This document shows, one piece after another, positions 21,143 through 33,542 of a stretch of DNA of 64,000 nt. The notes under the pieces are model-generated. The model was not told the DNA's origin. It did not search any database and saw nothing but the letters and a program-made list of their open reading frames with translations. Location: NCBI GenBank assembly GCA_044892525.1, contig CM097886.1, positions 162,986,312 through 163,050,311 on the forward strand, in the 5' to 3' direction. Both the position numbers and the translations under genes were made by a program. This stretch comes from Schmidtea polychroa (Eukaryota). Within the stretch, counting starts at the first letter, position 1; each line of letters opens with the position of its first letter.

Positions 21143-23003
21143 ATGTCCAAAATAAAACATGAAAATGATATAATTTTGTTATCTATAGATGCTAGCTGGA
21201 TACCTTATAATTTTAATTCTGCTTATTTTTCTCGATATTTGTCAGTAGACAACTCGTTAGATTTAATTTTCTATTCTTCGGAAGTTTTAAATATGTTAGA
21301 TGTTAGTTACTTCCTAATTTAAATGTAAAATTATTAAATTAACAGAAATTTATTTGTGCTGAATTCGAAATTTGCTATGAATTGCCAAAAGGGTGGTTTG
21401 AAGTTAGGTCTTGTAGAGGTAGAATGTGCTTTCTAGATACTACTAACAAAGTTTCAACTTGGACTAATCCAACTAACAATTTTATTATCCCATTTGGCTG
21501 GGAACGTATTGATTCTGAAAGTGAAGGAATTTATTATCATCAGTTAAGTATTTATAATTTTTAAATTATTATTGTAAAATTTGTGATTTACAATATTGAA
21601 ATTAACTTGTGGTTAAATTCTAAACTTATCTAAGAAATTATAATAAATTTAGGTGATCAAATCAATTTTTATAAGTTTAATATTTAAATAATTTTTATCT
21701 AAATAAAAGGTGTATCTTGAAGATGATCTGTTGTCGTAGTTAATATTCATCCTTAATTTTAATTCATTGCTGCTTTTAAGTTCTTAGCAGTTCACTTTCC
21801 ATTATAGCGATTTGTCGGAATTCTTGTAAGTTGATTTAGAACGAATTTTTCGGGTTTTTGTATTTCTGTTCTAACTGGAACATCTGATTTTTAATACAAT
21901 AGAACATATATGTTTCTGGTTACTGGTTTGTGTGAATTGATTTCTCATGTGTTTGATATTTTTTTAACTCGTTACATTTCCCCAGATGGTATTATCGAGT
22001 TCTCGGTGATATAGTAAGTAGAAGGGTATCAAATTTTTGAGAATTTATTTCGGCAAAAAATGGAGATTGTCCACGTGTACATTTTTGCTGACGAAAACTT
22101 ATGATTTCTCCGAGAGTATAGAAGAAAATACATTAAAGAAAAATGAAATTAGTTATAAAAATCATAAGTTGATCCACCTGAAAAAAACATAGGTAGATAA
22201 AATCTGATTAGTCAGAAAAATGCACATAAAAGTACCACAATATAAAATGGACCATTTGTATTATATAATGACCAAGTGACTACCAAAACTGACAGATTAC
22301 TATTAGAAGTCTCGTAATAAGACATACGTTATTAACTAAACATAGGGACCAATTGTCTTTCATTAGAAAGGTTCGTGGCTCTCATTAGAGAATAATATAA
22401 ACTATTACTTCCATCTCAGAGAGAAGTTAGAATTCCTCGTCCATAGATTGAATCTCATGGGATTCATCAGTCGTTTGAACAATTTCATATAATTCAATGA
22501 TGCATTTATCTTATTTTTTTTATTTACAATTTAATTTATTTTTTTGTCAAGTATATTTCTAAATCACTGTCAAAGATACAACCCAAATTTGTGGATTCAT
22601 ACTCATTGTAAACGCCCTGAAATCACTGAAAGAAATTTCCTTGCTTATTTCAAAAACATCAAAAATAAAAGTAAGATAATAAATGATTTTTTTTCTGTTT
22701 TTAATTAAAATCCAGATATCGAAATGAATATGCTATTTTTTGCATTCCTAATTTTTAAAAATGACAATAATTTTGTAAGTATATTATTAATACATTTAAC
22801 ATTTATTGATACAATTATTGATCGATAAATATAAATTTTAGACAGAAATTAAATCCATGCTTTACAACGACCTAATTAGTTTGTATGAAGCTCTTGAAAT
22901 GGTTATGTATCTAAAAATTAAAGATATTTTTACAAAATATGAAAAATTGAGAGCGGAAATTTCTCTAAGAATGTTTTTAGAAAGTCCTTCAAAACAAGTT
23001 TAA
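21143..23003 (+). CDS. sav: Salvador-like Hippo pathway scaffold (WW-WW-SARAH)
   Basis: Exons 21143-21301, 21346-21542, 22552-22670, 22716-22774 and 22842-23003 join in frame at GT-AG sites. WW1 LPKGWFEVRSCRGRMCFLDTTNKVSTWTNP; WW2 IPFGWERIDSESEGIYYHHIFLNHCQRYNP; C-terminal DLISLYEALEMVMYLKIKDIFTKYEKLRAEI is in register with the SAV1 SARAH helix. Confidence 0.75.
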
Positions 23004-23782
23004 ATTAATTCATAATTCTGTATTATATGCATGATCAATCCTGATTTATATGAAGATGGAAATAAAATATCTAACGTTTTTCATTTTAATGGATTCGTTT
23101 ATTGTTTCAATAATTTGTAGCTGCTGTTAAGGCTGAGTTTGTGTTGATCATATATTTAAGGAAACAACAAGTTTATGAAGACACAACGCAACATGAATTT
23201 TGCAAATTGCTGCAATGAGTAGGATACAAATTAAATATTTAAAAAATCATATAATGAATACTATTTATGTTGCCTGTTTTAATGCAAATATCTCATCCCA
23301 ACAAGGCAATAAAATTAACGTTGATCCGAAAGGGTGTATGAATATGTTTTGGTGTTTGATATTTTTTGGGAAGTGCTCATTATTATTAGTTATTAGTATT
23401 TAAAAAAATTTTAATCTATAGTTAATTATTATTGTAATTTTTATTATTTTATTATTTTAATTTTTAAATAATTAAGTAATTTTTATTTATTGTTTTAAAT
23501 AACAATTACATAATCTTAATTTCGAACTTTTGTTTCAATCAGTCAAGAATTAATTTTAATATTTGTTTAAATGAATGGCAACAAATAATTGCGCAATGGT
23601 TATGCAATTTCGTGATATAGATTTTTTGTGACCCGTTAGCGTTTTTCGATAAATGTCTGATTTGATTATAAATGTACATATTATAAATTTGTTTAAACTA
23701 AGTGATGTAAGCTAGGAAATTAATTATAAAAAATTATACGCTTCAGATATTATAAATAAAAAGTTATTTTAAATATTATGAA

Positions 23783-24790
23783 ATGGCTATGTTGAAAGGA
23801 AAACGAAAATTTGAAGAAGAAAATCGAATATTCAGTGAAAGTTGGACCAAAAATTACTTTATTTTATATAAAGAAAAACTAACTTGTCTGATCTGTCAAG
23901 AAACTATCGGTGTCATGAAAGAAAATAACATAAAGCGTCATTATACACATATACATGCTGAAAATTATGATCAATTTACAGATCTAATAAGAAATGATAA
24001 AATGATAAAATCGTTGTCGCTCCAGCAAAACTTGTTCACAAGAGTTTCGAATGAGGGGCAGCAGTCACCGAAGCCAGCTATGCTATTTCCAATATTTTAG
24101 TCAAACAATTAAATTGTTTTTCAGGTGGCAATGTTGTAAAAGAGTGCATGGAAACGGCCGTTGGAATAAGAAAGATCTGTTCAGTAACAAGTTTGTCAAG
24201 ATTTACTGTCGCAAGTAGAATTGATGAATTGCTATAAAATATCGAAATATAATTCATCGACTCGATAGAGCGTTTTCAATACTATTCCATATGTCTTGAC
24301 GAATCAGCTGATATATCCGATACTGCCCAATTATCAATTTTTGTCCGTGGTTTTGACGAGGAGTTCAATTGTTTGTTTGACAGAGGAACTACTTGATCTG
24401 GTTTCTATGAAAGGAACAACAACAGCTCAAGATATTCACTGAGCTGAAAAATTCCTTGGATAAGAATCACCTTCCAGTTTCCAAATTAATTGGAATATCC
24501 GCCGAGCAATGCGAGGAGCTCGATTTGGTCTTACAACACTTATTTTGCAAAGTTTAGATGTTGATCATCGAAAAAAGGTTTTTGTATGCCATTGTGTACT
24601 TCATATCGAGAATTTATGTGCAAAACAAATTAATATGAAACATGCTATGGATATTGTTGTGTCAACAGTTAATTTTATTTGATCAAAGGCACTCAACCAT
24701 CACCAATTCAAACAGCTGTTGATCGATATTGATGCTGAATATAGTGATGTTATTTACCATGGAAATGAAAGGAAAAAACTTTACTGAATT
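23783..24790 (+). pseudogene. hAT transposase pseudogene (GTF2IRD2/SPIN/Buster-like)
   Basis: KRKFEEENRIFSESW...CLICQETIGVMKENNIKRHY; later CLDESADISDTAQLSIFVRG, CHCVLHIENLCAK and ALNHHQFKQLL, with frameshifts and stops. Confidence 0.9.
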
Positions 24791-25339
24791 TGAAGATTTG
24801 AAATGGATCTCTAACTTTTCATTTTTAATCGATATCACCGAACATTCCACCGAACACCGAAAGTGTAAAATCAACTAGACTACGGATTTCCTTTCGTGTT
24901 GATTGAAAGCGTGGAGAAAACCCGACAAATCAAAATCAAGTTGATCTAGGTCATTCCCGTGACACTAATGACTGCACACCGGTCGACAGCATTGCCGCAA
25001 ACTACTCTAAGTAAGGACTATTGATCAATCGAGATCATCCACCGTCCGGGTTACGTAATCGTGTGTTAAGCCATTCTTAATGCGTAATAATCAAAGCATC
25101 CATGTAAAATAACTACGCACCTTATGACTGGAATGAGAAACCATTTTTCCTACCAATCGAAATTCAGAATTATTCAACCAAATGTTGGAGGGCTGTTTTA
25201 AAAAATCTAAATTGACTGAGGCCGTTTATGTCTCATAAATTAATGAATAAGCTTTAGCGACCCGATGTACATAAAAATTGTAAAATGCCGATGTTTATAA
25301 AATTAGAAACTTATTCTAATGTATTATACAAAAGATTTT

Positions 25340-26130
25340 TTTTCTTAATCTAACATCAATCAAATTCTGAAAAAAATGCAGGCCACCTATTAGTTTTTCA
25401 TCTGACAGTAAAAGCATGATATAGTTTGTCGATTCTATCTAATCTTGCTTTTGTAGCTTTATAAAACAAAGTTTTATCAGGTTTTCTTTTATTTTCAGTA
25501 TCAACATTCATTGTGTGATGTTTCGTAGATAACAATAAGACACATCTATTTCTTGTGGTACTTACGAAATTATTGACAATGTGTTTCTAAATATGAAACT
25601 TTAGCTTTCAACTTCTCTAGATGGATGTGGAAAAAATGAGGTATGCATGTCTTATTTTTGCGAAGTGTTCCAACAGTAGTTAAACCTTTAGACAACAAAG
25701 AGTTGGCTAGTTTGTAGTTTGTAAAATAGTTATCGAATGTTATGTTTCGATTTGAACGATGAAACGGTATTCATAGTTTTTCAACAACATCTTGGGCTAA
25801 ATTTAATGCTCTCGTGTTACCCTCTTTGCCCAAATATGGAATTTCTTTGAAAGGATAAGCCGTTTCATTTTCAACAATCCACCAAATTTTATTCCATATT
25901 TATCTAGTTTACTGGGTATGCATTGCTTGAAACTTACTCATAAACGAAAAGGAACTAACTATTCATCAATTGTTAAGTTTTGACCTGGAATATAATATTT
26001 GGAGAAATTTTTATTTATGATTTCCCAAACATCCCTAATTGGAGCCAATTTATCATTGGGTCTGCGCACTGACCGAGTCTCCTTGTCATCAAATCTGTGA
26101 AATTTTAAAATTGACTTGAAACGCCGTATA
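25340..26130 (-). pseudogene. piggyBac transposase pseudogene fragment
   Basis: RFDDKETRSVRRPNDKLAPIRDVWEIINKNFSKYYIPGQNLTIDE; downstream PSKLDKYGIK and KTNRWP motifs; disrupted. Confidence 0.85.
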
Positions 26131-26447
26131 GTCACTGGAACGCCTAAGAGCCAAGTTAAGAAGTTCAAGGCCAATTGAGGGACAAAAGATCGTAAGAGTA
26201 GTAGAGTCAGCTCTCCTAGCTGAAAGGGCGAAAGGGAAATAAAAGCGAAGGGACCCAGGTGATCCGATAAGATTTGCTGGGGTGAGGGTAGGTGAACGAA
26301 TGCCTATGGGGGTAGACACGTGCTAACACCCGAGCGACCTGGAATCTAAGCAAATACGGGGGACTGCGAACATTACGTAAGTATACGCGACAATCGGAGT
26401 GGAAATAATTGCAACACGACTCCTATTAAACATTATATTTTTACAAG

Positions 26448-26715
26448 ATTCTTGACCAACCTAACCAGAGTGAAGAAGAATCGCAAGCGGAATCAGTTAC
26501 TCGCCTCCGGACCCGCTTGGTTTGGTATAAAATACATGAGTGGACACGGGGAGGATTAGTCGACCTTGGACCCATCATTCAGACTGAATGCGAGCCAGGA
26601 GCCTGGGTCAAGTCCGAACCAAAGAACAACGAGCTATACCAGGCCAGGCAGGAGGCGGATGTAACAGTAGCCAGGCTTCGCCTTGGAGTCCGGAGATCCG
26701 GTGGAGGAGGTAGAA
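26448..26715 (+). pseudogene. Divergent homologue of LTR-encoded ORF A (N-terminal part)
   Basis: VTRLRTRLVW...GAWVKSEPKNNELYQARQEADVTVARLRL aligns with ITRLRTRYIW...PAWVKTEPENNRLQEARDQAAWDVEAAQIRL of 37477-37857. Confidence 0.75.
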
Positions 26716-26719
26716 ATTA

Positions 26720-29060
26720 CAAAACTTTCTTCGCCTCCTTCCCCTTCAATGACTTCGCAGACTGGAACGAGATTATCATACCAATGACCAATGGCAGGGA
26801 CAGCTGGCTCTTCTTCTCCCTTGATAAACACCGCCAACTAGCAGTGATCATAGAACCAATGAGTGAAGACAGCCTCTTACTACATCACGATATTGCCATC
26901 AACCTATTAGATACTATTCTTAGTCTCCAAAATATCGTCAGTCAAGTCACCCTATCACTAACGAATCTTGAATACTTACGATGCTCGACACCACTTGAAT
27001 CTGTCCAATACGTATGCCACATACTGAAATGCCTTACCTCATACACTCCCATCACCACTCCTGACCTATCCCATATGCTGAAAGATATGAGGCAGATTAT
27101 TTCCACTTTCATCCATAATAAGCTACCTATTAATAAAATGAGAAAAAAACCACATATTCCTCATAAACCTCACTGAACAACTCTCCCAAAACCAAATAGG
27201 CACCCAATCAGCCCTTAACAAGATTGAACGAATTAATGGCAACATCAACCCAGACAGATACAAGACAATAAAACCAGCAGACGCCACACACAAAAAGCTG
27301 AAATCAGAGAATGAGCTCATCTGCATTAAACGAGCCAGATTCCACATGAAACCCAAGGAAGAGATTGGGAAAATCATTGGGGCGGACCTACCTCTACATA
27401 GGCCCACTATGGCCAATATACTTCTTCTCTTCGGGGCTGTACTTATACCCATATCCGACCTAACTGATTTATCACTTCCTTCATTTCCTAAAAGTACATC
27501 TTCTATCCGTTTCGACATTGATGACCTTCGCTCCACTATCGTCTCACTGGACAACACTGCACCAGGCATCGACAAGATCACCTTATCCGACTGGAAAAAG
27601 ATATGCCCCGATATGGAACCCCTTCTTGTTATCTGTAATAACGTACTTTCCACCTCGATATGCCCTCCCAGCTGGAAGACCTTTCGGACCAAACTGATAC
27701 TCAAACATGGGAAACATGAAACGAGCCATGAGGCTCGTTCGTGGCGCCCTATCTCTGTCATGAACACCGTCTACCGTATCTTCTCCTTTGTCCTTAATCA
27801 TAGTATCTTATTCTGGATCAGTCAAGGTCTTCTGCTTACCACTAACCAAAAAGCCATTGGCACCCCAGATGGCTGCGCCGAACATAACCTAACTCTTCAC
27901 CTCATCAAAGACTTCTCTGTCCCAATAAAACGGAACTCCATATCATTTGGCTAGATATCACTGATTCTTTTGGCTCCCTACCCCATGATCTAATCTAGCA
28001 CACTCTGACTCACATGGGCCTTCATCAACAAACCATCGACCTCATCATGGATATGTATTCCAATGTCAACACCATCTTCGAGTGCGAGGGAGTACTGTCC
28101 ACCTCGGTGCCTATTGTCAAAGGAGTAAAGCAAGGTTGCCCACTCTCTATGTCCCTCTTCTGCCTTTCGATTGACTTTATCTTAAGAACTATACTACGCG
28201 AACACCCTTTCTTTCTTCACAAACACAATATAAGCATCATGGCATACGCTGATGACATTGTCCTTATCGCCGACTCCTTCTCCTGCATTACCGCCGCACT
28301 AGCTGAGACTGTGCGACTGGCACAAAAAGTTAATTTTCAGTTTAAACCTTCCAAATCTGGCTATTTCTCGCTCAACACTCTCGACCCCACCCCGTCACAC
28401 TCTATCGCGAAAGATTACCAATTATTGACGACTCAAACCTCTACCGTTACCTCGGCGTCGACTTCGCGCACAAAAATAAGCACAACATCGAGGAAAGACT
28501 TGACAACGCTCTGAAAGACACAAAACTTATCTTCCAATCCTACCTGCGCCTGGGACAGAAGTTAATGTCCTACAAGATTTTTATACACTCCCGCCTCATC
28601 TTCACTTTCCGAAACTGCGAAATCAGACATATGACGCTAGACTCGAAACGTCTTAGGAGAGGGGACGCGCAATATTGGGGTTTTGACCAAAAACTTAAAG
28701 ACATTTTCTCATTTCCTCAGTCTAGCAGAAATAATATTTTGCTTAGAAATTCATGTTTATATAACGGTTGACAAGTAATAAGGTACTCATAATGTTCAAG
28801 AGGTAACTAAACTAATAAATGACCTTTATTTGGCCAGTGATTTTTTTAGTAAAAATAGAAAGATTTTATTTATCAGTTTGCAAATGTGTAATCGTCTTAT
28901 TATCTACCTGTCTGCTATGGAGAGTTGTAAAAGAGATTTTTCAATGTCTCATCCCAAACACGGATCGAGTGTCCACTCTTCAACGACAGAGACTGCACGG
29001 ACGATTTGGCTCAATACATGGACCGCGAGATGGAAGTGCTCACCTTAGTCCAATGAGATT
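26720..29060 (+). mobile_element. Fragmented non-LTR retrotransposon of an RLE-type clade (NeSL/Utopia/R4-like), reverse transcriptase region
   Basis: APGIDKIT, SWRPIS, NQKA...DGCAEH, KGVKQGCPLS, AYADDIVL and YRYLG motifs across ORFs 27346-27954 and 28014-28514 and the following frame; frameshifted. Confidence 0.9.
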
Positions 29061-29229
29061 ACGGAGTACTCCCGTGCAAGCATGGTAGACGAGGTACAAC
29101 GAGGTTAGAGCGAAGCAGTGGGGTAAGTTCCATCGGCGGTGGATGGATGAGGAAGACGAGGTACTCGGTAAACGAAAATTTAGGTTGTTTAAATTTAAAT
29201 AATTTATTTTTAGTGTTTAATTACCTTTC

Positions 29230-29500
29230 ACCGAGAATAATTCTTTCCATTTTTTAATGATAAAGCTATTAGAGGTGATATGGAACGACCGGGAGACCAT
29301 GTTAAAACAAGCGGATAAATTTTGTAACCGAGTGGATGCCATCAACAAGTCCAGAAGCGATGCTGCAACGTTTTGAGCAAATCGATGATCCGCCGGCATA
29401 AGTGGCGCAGAGGCGGCTGGAAATACGGGCAATTTCGAAAGCAAAGGTTTCAGGAACATTAGAACCGGATCGATCAACACCTAGCTGAACAGGTGTTAAC
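29230..29500 (+). pseudogene. Divergent homologue of LTR-encoded ORF B
   Basis: KLLEVIWNDRETMLKQADKFCNRVD, then after a frameshift SPEAM...EIRA, aligns with KLMENLRKDREQAQQQADELRTRVD...SPEAM...EIRA of 38153-38380. Confidence 0.65.
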
Positions 29501-29747
29501 CAAGCCGATCAAACAACGGCAGGATCTGGATACTCCATTGACCTTCAATTCGCCTATTAGTGTCAAATGGAGAATGGTCAAAACTACAACAAGTCGGGCA
29601 AACCCGAACGTCTTTACCAATAGGCTCACATAGAAGCTCAAATCCCCGTGCACTCGACAAGTTCCTAACTAACATATCTAGCTGCCATTTTCGTGTTGTA
29701 TGATAATAAACTTATATGTAGTCGGAAACGACACGAACGAGTAAATA

Positions 29748-30086
29748 GTGGATTACCTGCGACTCACCAAATGTTCCACATGTGAAATACTCGAACATCA
29801 ATCTCGATACTGCAAATCAAAAACACGAGATCGAGAATATTCTGGTGTCTCACTCGATCCAAAAAAGTTTCTTTATACTTTATGGATATCGATTGTTCAA
29901 CAACAATGGTACGAGAAGAGCCGATCACACCATTTCATGAGTATGTTTTTAAACGAATTAAAACAAATCGAAAAACTTTCAATTCCAATTCAACAAAAAT
30001 TTAAGGTCATAAAAATCCCATGTAGTAAAAATTTTTTTCCAGGGTTTATTTATCGGAGATTTAACTTCTTTATCGAAAGTCGGTAG
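29748..30086 (+). pseudogene. Short ORF with one CCHC zinc knuckle, probable retroelement remnant
   Basis: CSTCEILEHQSRYC fits C-x2-C-x4-H-x4-C. Confidence 0.35.
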
Positions 30087-30522
30087 GGAAGAAGAATGTG
30101 TAAATTATGAAGTTACAACAAATGAAGATGACCGACTGAAAACTAGCAGAAAGGCACAATAAATACAATAAACAATGACAAAATGCATAACGCTTTCTCA
30201 ATCAACCGTCACTACTACAAATTTACTAGTAATAGTATAACTTCAACACCAAAGCAACTGAATAAGTATATTTAAAGCATCCACCATTACCCCGATTGCC
30301 CCTTACGAGTTTACAAATAATTTGTCATTGAAATATTTATCTGAAAAACTAAAATCTAATTATAAATCTAAAACAACTGTCCGTTAAATTTTTTCACAAA
30401 ATAATTTTTATTACATAATACAATGAAAAAAAATTTTAAGTACCGAGTTTAATAAATCTAGTGATAAAGGTACATTATCGTTGTTATAACGGTTATTTAA
30501 AAAAATTAAATAGTTAAAATTT

Positions 30523-30762
30523 TTATTTTTTATTAAATATTCCGTAGTCAGCTCTAATTGACATAATATCTTTCTCTTCATTATAAATTTCTTTGAGTTG
30601 ACGATTCAATCTTTCATCTGCTATTGATATTTTTGGTCCAGGGTTGTTTTTATATCTAAATTTATTTTCTAATGTAAAACCAACAAACCCTATAACAGCA
30701 GAAAAAGGCCATACAATATATTGAGCATTGCTTCTTATGAAAACCCAAACAATAGGAAGCAT
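30523..30762 (-). CDS. SMIM12: Small integral membrane protein 12 (UPF0767 family)
   Basis: MLPIVWVFIRSNAQYIVWPFSAVIGFVGFTLE...SIADERLNRQLKE parallels the SMIM12 pattern MWPVFW...[23 protein letters not shown]...SISERREDRKLDE. Confidence 0.8.
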   Translation of the reverse strand: MLPIVWVFIRSNAQYIVWPFSAVIGFVGFTLENKFRYKNNPGPKISIADERLNRQLKEIYNEEKDIMSIRADYGIFNKK

Positions 30763-31457
30763 TCTAATTGAAATTAATTCAATAAAATATATCTTTATAA
30801 ACTATTATTTACTTAATTAAATCAATAATAACAATGGAAATAAATTAAAAATTTTTTTATATATAGGTAAAATTAAATATATGCTTTAAGTGAAATGATT
30901 TATATAAACAATTTACATTAATTTACATTAATTTATATTAATTTATTAAAATGTGATGATATTTTAATGAAAAAATTAACAGTGAATGGATTCAAAATTT
31001 TTAGCAAAGGCAGTGAACCGACCAAACCCTAATACTGGATTTTCGGCCTTATGAAGCTGGTTGGTTACGAGAGGGGAAACATCTTATGCTTATATATGTA
31101 AATATACGTCCTGTCCTGTCTTTGCTCACAATTCACCATTGTTCCCTCAATAAATCATCAAAACTTATTATTTTACAACTAAATGCCCATCGCAAGTGAC
31201 GTTGGTGCTATAGAATAATGGGTGGCAGTCAGCAAAAGACGAGTCTAGTCACAAGGACTTCTAATGGCCTGGCGCATCTTATTTCTTGTCATTCATATCA
31301 TCATTATGTTCATTTCACCTAATCATTTGGCATTACTTGATATCTCAAATTTTTGAATTAAGATTTTTGAGATATTTTTAGTCCCTAAAAATTCATTTAA
31401 TATCTTATATTACTTTTATTTATTTAATTTTTTATTAAATTAATTAATTTAATTATA

Positions 31458-31700
31458 GTGGATCACAGGTAATCAACATTTTACCTTGTCGTGCTGTTTC
31501 CAGCGTAACCCAGGATACAATGGAAATTTGACAACTTGGTACCCGTTAAATGATCAACGTTGGCACTGTATCAAGGATTGGAGCACTAGCAAAAAGTGAG
31601 TATGCTTGGTATACTATAATTGTCCAGTACTCACTTGGCTCCACGGACTGCCGATAGAAGACCTATGCCCGACTTTCGACTGGTCTTTATCCTACTAACC
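31458..31700 (-). mobile_element. Divergent remnant of the LTR 3' end (R/U5), reverse orientation
   Basis: The reverse complement shares GGGTTACGCTGGAAACAGCAC, CAACGTTGATC and the flanking stems with 17010-17200. Confidence 0.8.
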
Positions 31701-32153
31701 ACTTTTCTTGATGGTTTGGCTCTTGTTATCGTCTTCTCTTTAACTAATGATCTAATGAACCATATGTCTAATATAGTGATTGATCATACCGGTATGCGAC
31801 TGAGTGCACAAATATTATTTATTAGTTGGTAAAAATTTGAAACGGTTGTAATAGAACAGCAATTAAATTTTTAATTAGAAAACATTTGTTATAATCAGTA
31901 AAATTACATTTTATTATACTTTAAAATATTAACAAATTTAAATCTGAAATCGAAATATCTTCCGTTGTTTATTGTGCGTTATTTCCGTTGCTTTTTGAAA
32001 AATTAATCTTATATGTATGGAGTTGATTATCAATTTTGGAAATATATGCTCTTTACCGACAAACATGACTGCATTAGAGTAGAAAATAATGTTAGGACAG
32101 ATAGATTCTCAAATTATGCATACGAAACTAGGTGATACAGTCTGTGTGCAAAC

Positions 32154-32653
32154 CAGGGGCGGCTCAAGAGATTTTGTCTAAGTCGAGCGCCCTAGGCAAA
32201 CTTTTATGAAGCGCCTACCCTAAAGAATGTCTACTGAAACATTACGTTTCATTCTATATTACTATATAAGCTAACCCAACCAAAACATTGCCTAACCTAA
32301 TCTGACCAACCTTGACTAATTTGCAAAGTTTGATGAGGCTACCTGATATAGTTTAGGGGACTTGGCCACATTTGTATTTTAAAATTCTACAAAAAAACCA
32401 TTCTTTGATTTTATAATTCTAAGAAATCATACAAATCCTTACGAGACGCAACCAAATTTGAGCTAGAATACATCTAAATTCAATCATTATTTGAAGATCA
32501 ATTTATTATAAAAAAATGTTAAATCATCAAAGGCATATTTTAATAAATATTTTTTTTTTCTATATTCAAGAAATAATTTATAGAAATATTTTTACGCCTT
32601 ACAAAATTGAGCGCCCTGGGCGTCCGCCTACTTTGCCTATATGGAAGAACTAT
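32154..32653. mobile_element. Probable hAT-type MITE
   Basis: GC-rich ends CAGGGGCGGCTC...GCGCCCTAGGCAAAC and GCGCCCTGGGCG...GCCTA... around an AT-rich core; no clear TSD. Confidence 0.5.
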
Positions 32654-33013
32654 GTAAAGATTGAGATTTAAAAACATAATATTTTTATTATAAGAACTTT
32701 TTTTCAAATTGATTTATTTTTCATTGACATTGTATTTATTAAATTTTATTTTTAATTTTTTTAAACAACATTTGTTTTTTTCGGTAATATTCTAATTTAA
32801 CTAGATTTATCCAAAAACTTGTAAATTTCAAACTGTAATAAATTGCCCATATATCATCATTTCAGTAAAGAAAAACAGAATGACTGCCAATCGGCATTTA
32901 ATTTTTTAGAGGAATTTTTACTTCCAATTTTTTGTATTTTTTGATTGAAATTTTTATTATTAACTGCATATTTCATATTTATATATAACAAAAAATAAAA
33001 ACAAATACAAAAA

Positions 33014-33057
<44 letters not shown>

Positions 33058-33074
33058 TTTATATTATTATGCAA

Positions 33075-33542
33075 CAGCGGTTCTTAAGGATTTTTGGTCA
33101 CGACCCAAAATCCTAAAATATTTTTCTAAATGACCCAAAAACTTTTTTTTAAATTAAAAATTTAATATTATTTTTTATTATTAGAAAGATCTTCAAACTT
33201 TTCAATTTTAATAATTTTTTTAAATAGAAAGTTATAATACAGTTTTTTAAATTATGTAAATTTCTGTATTAATTTTTTGAATCGAATATTTTAAACAATA
33301 CTCTTAAGAATAAACAAATTTAATTTTTAAACTTTCTTCTGAATGATCATCAAAAAAGCTATTTTTGGTTAATAGTCATAAGAATTTTCATTTAGAACAA
33401 ATTTTAAGCTAAAGTTCGCTTGAAATGTAAAACATTTTTCAAAAAATATTAAATTTGCCTCAATTTGTCAAATGCTCCGCGACCCAAGAAAAAATGCTCC
33501 ACAACCCAAAAGTGGGTCACGACCCACGTTTAAGAACCGTTG
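33075..33542. mobile_element. hAT MITE
   Basis: TIRs CAGCGGTTCTTAA / TTAAGAACCGTTG; 8-bp TSD TTATGCAA / TTATACAA. Confidence 0.85.

Noticed and set aside
21700-22500. Nested gene in the 1-kb salvador intron
   Set aside because: Coding-like composition, but every frame on both strands is broken within short distances and no family is recognisable.
26517-27176. 219-aa ORF as a real gene
   Set aside because: It is a chance in-frame fusion of the ORF A homologue with the 5' part of the non-LTR insertion at about 26720.
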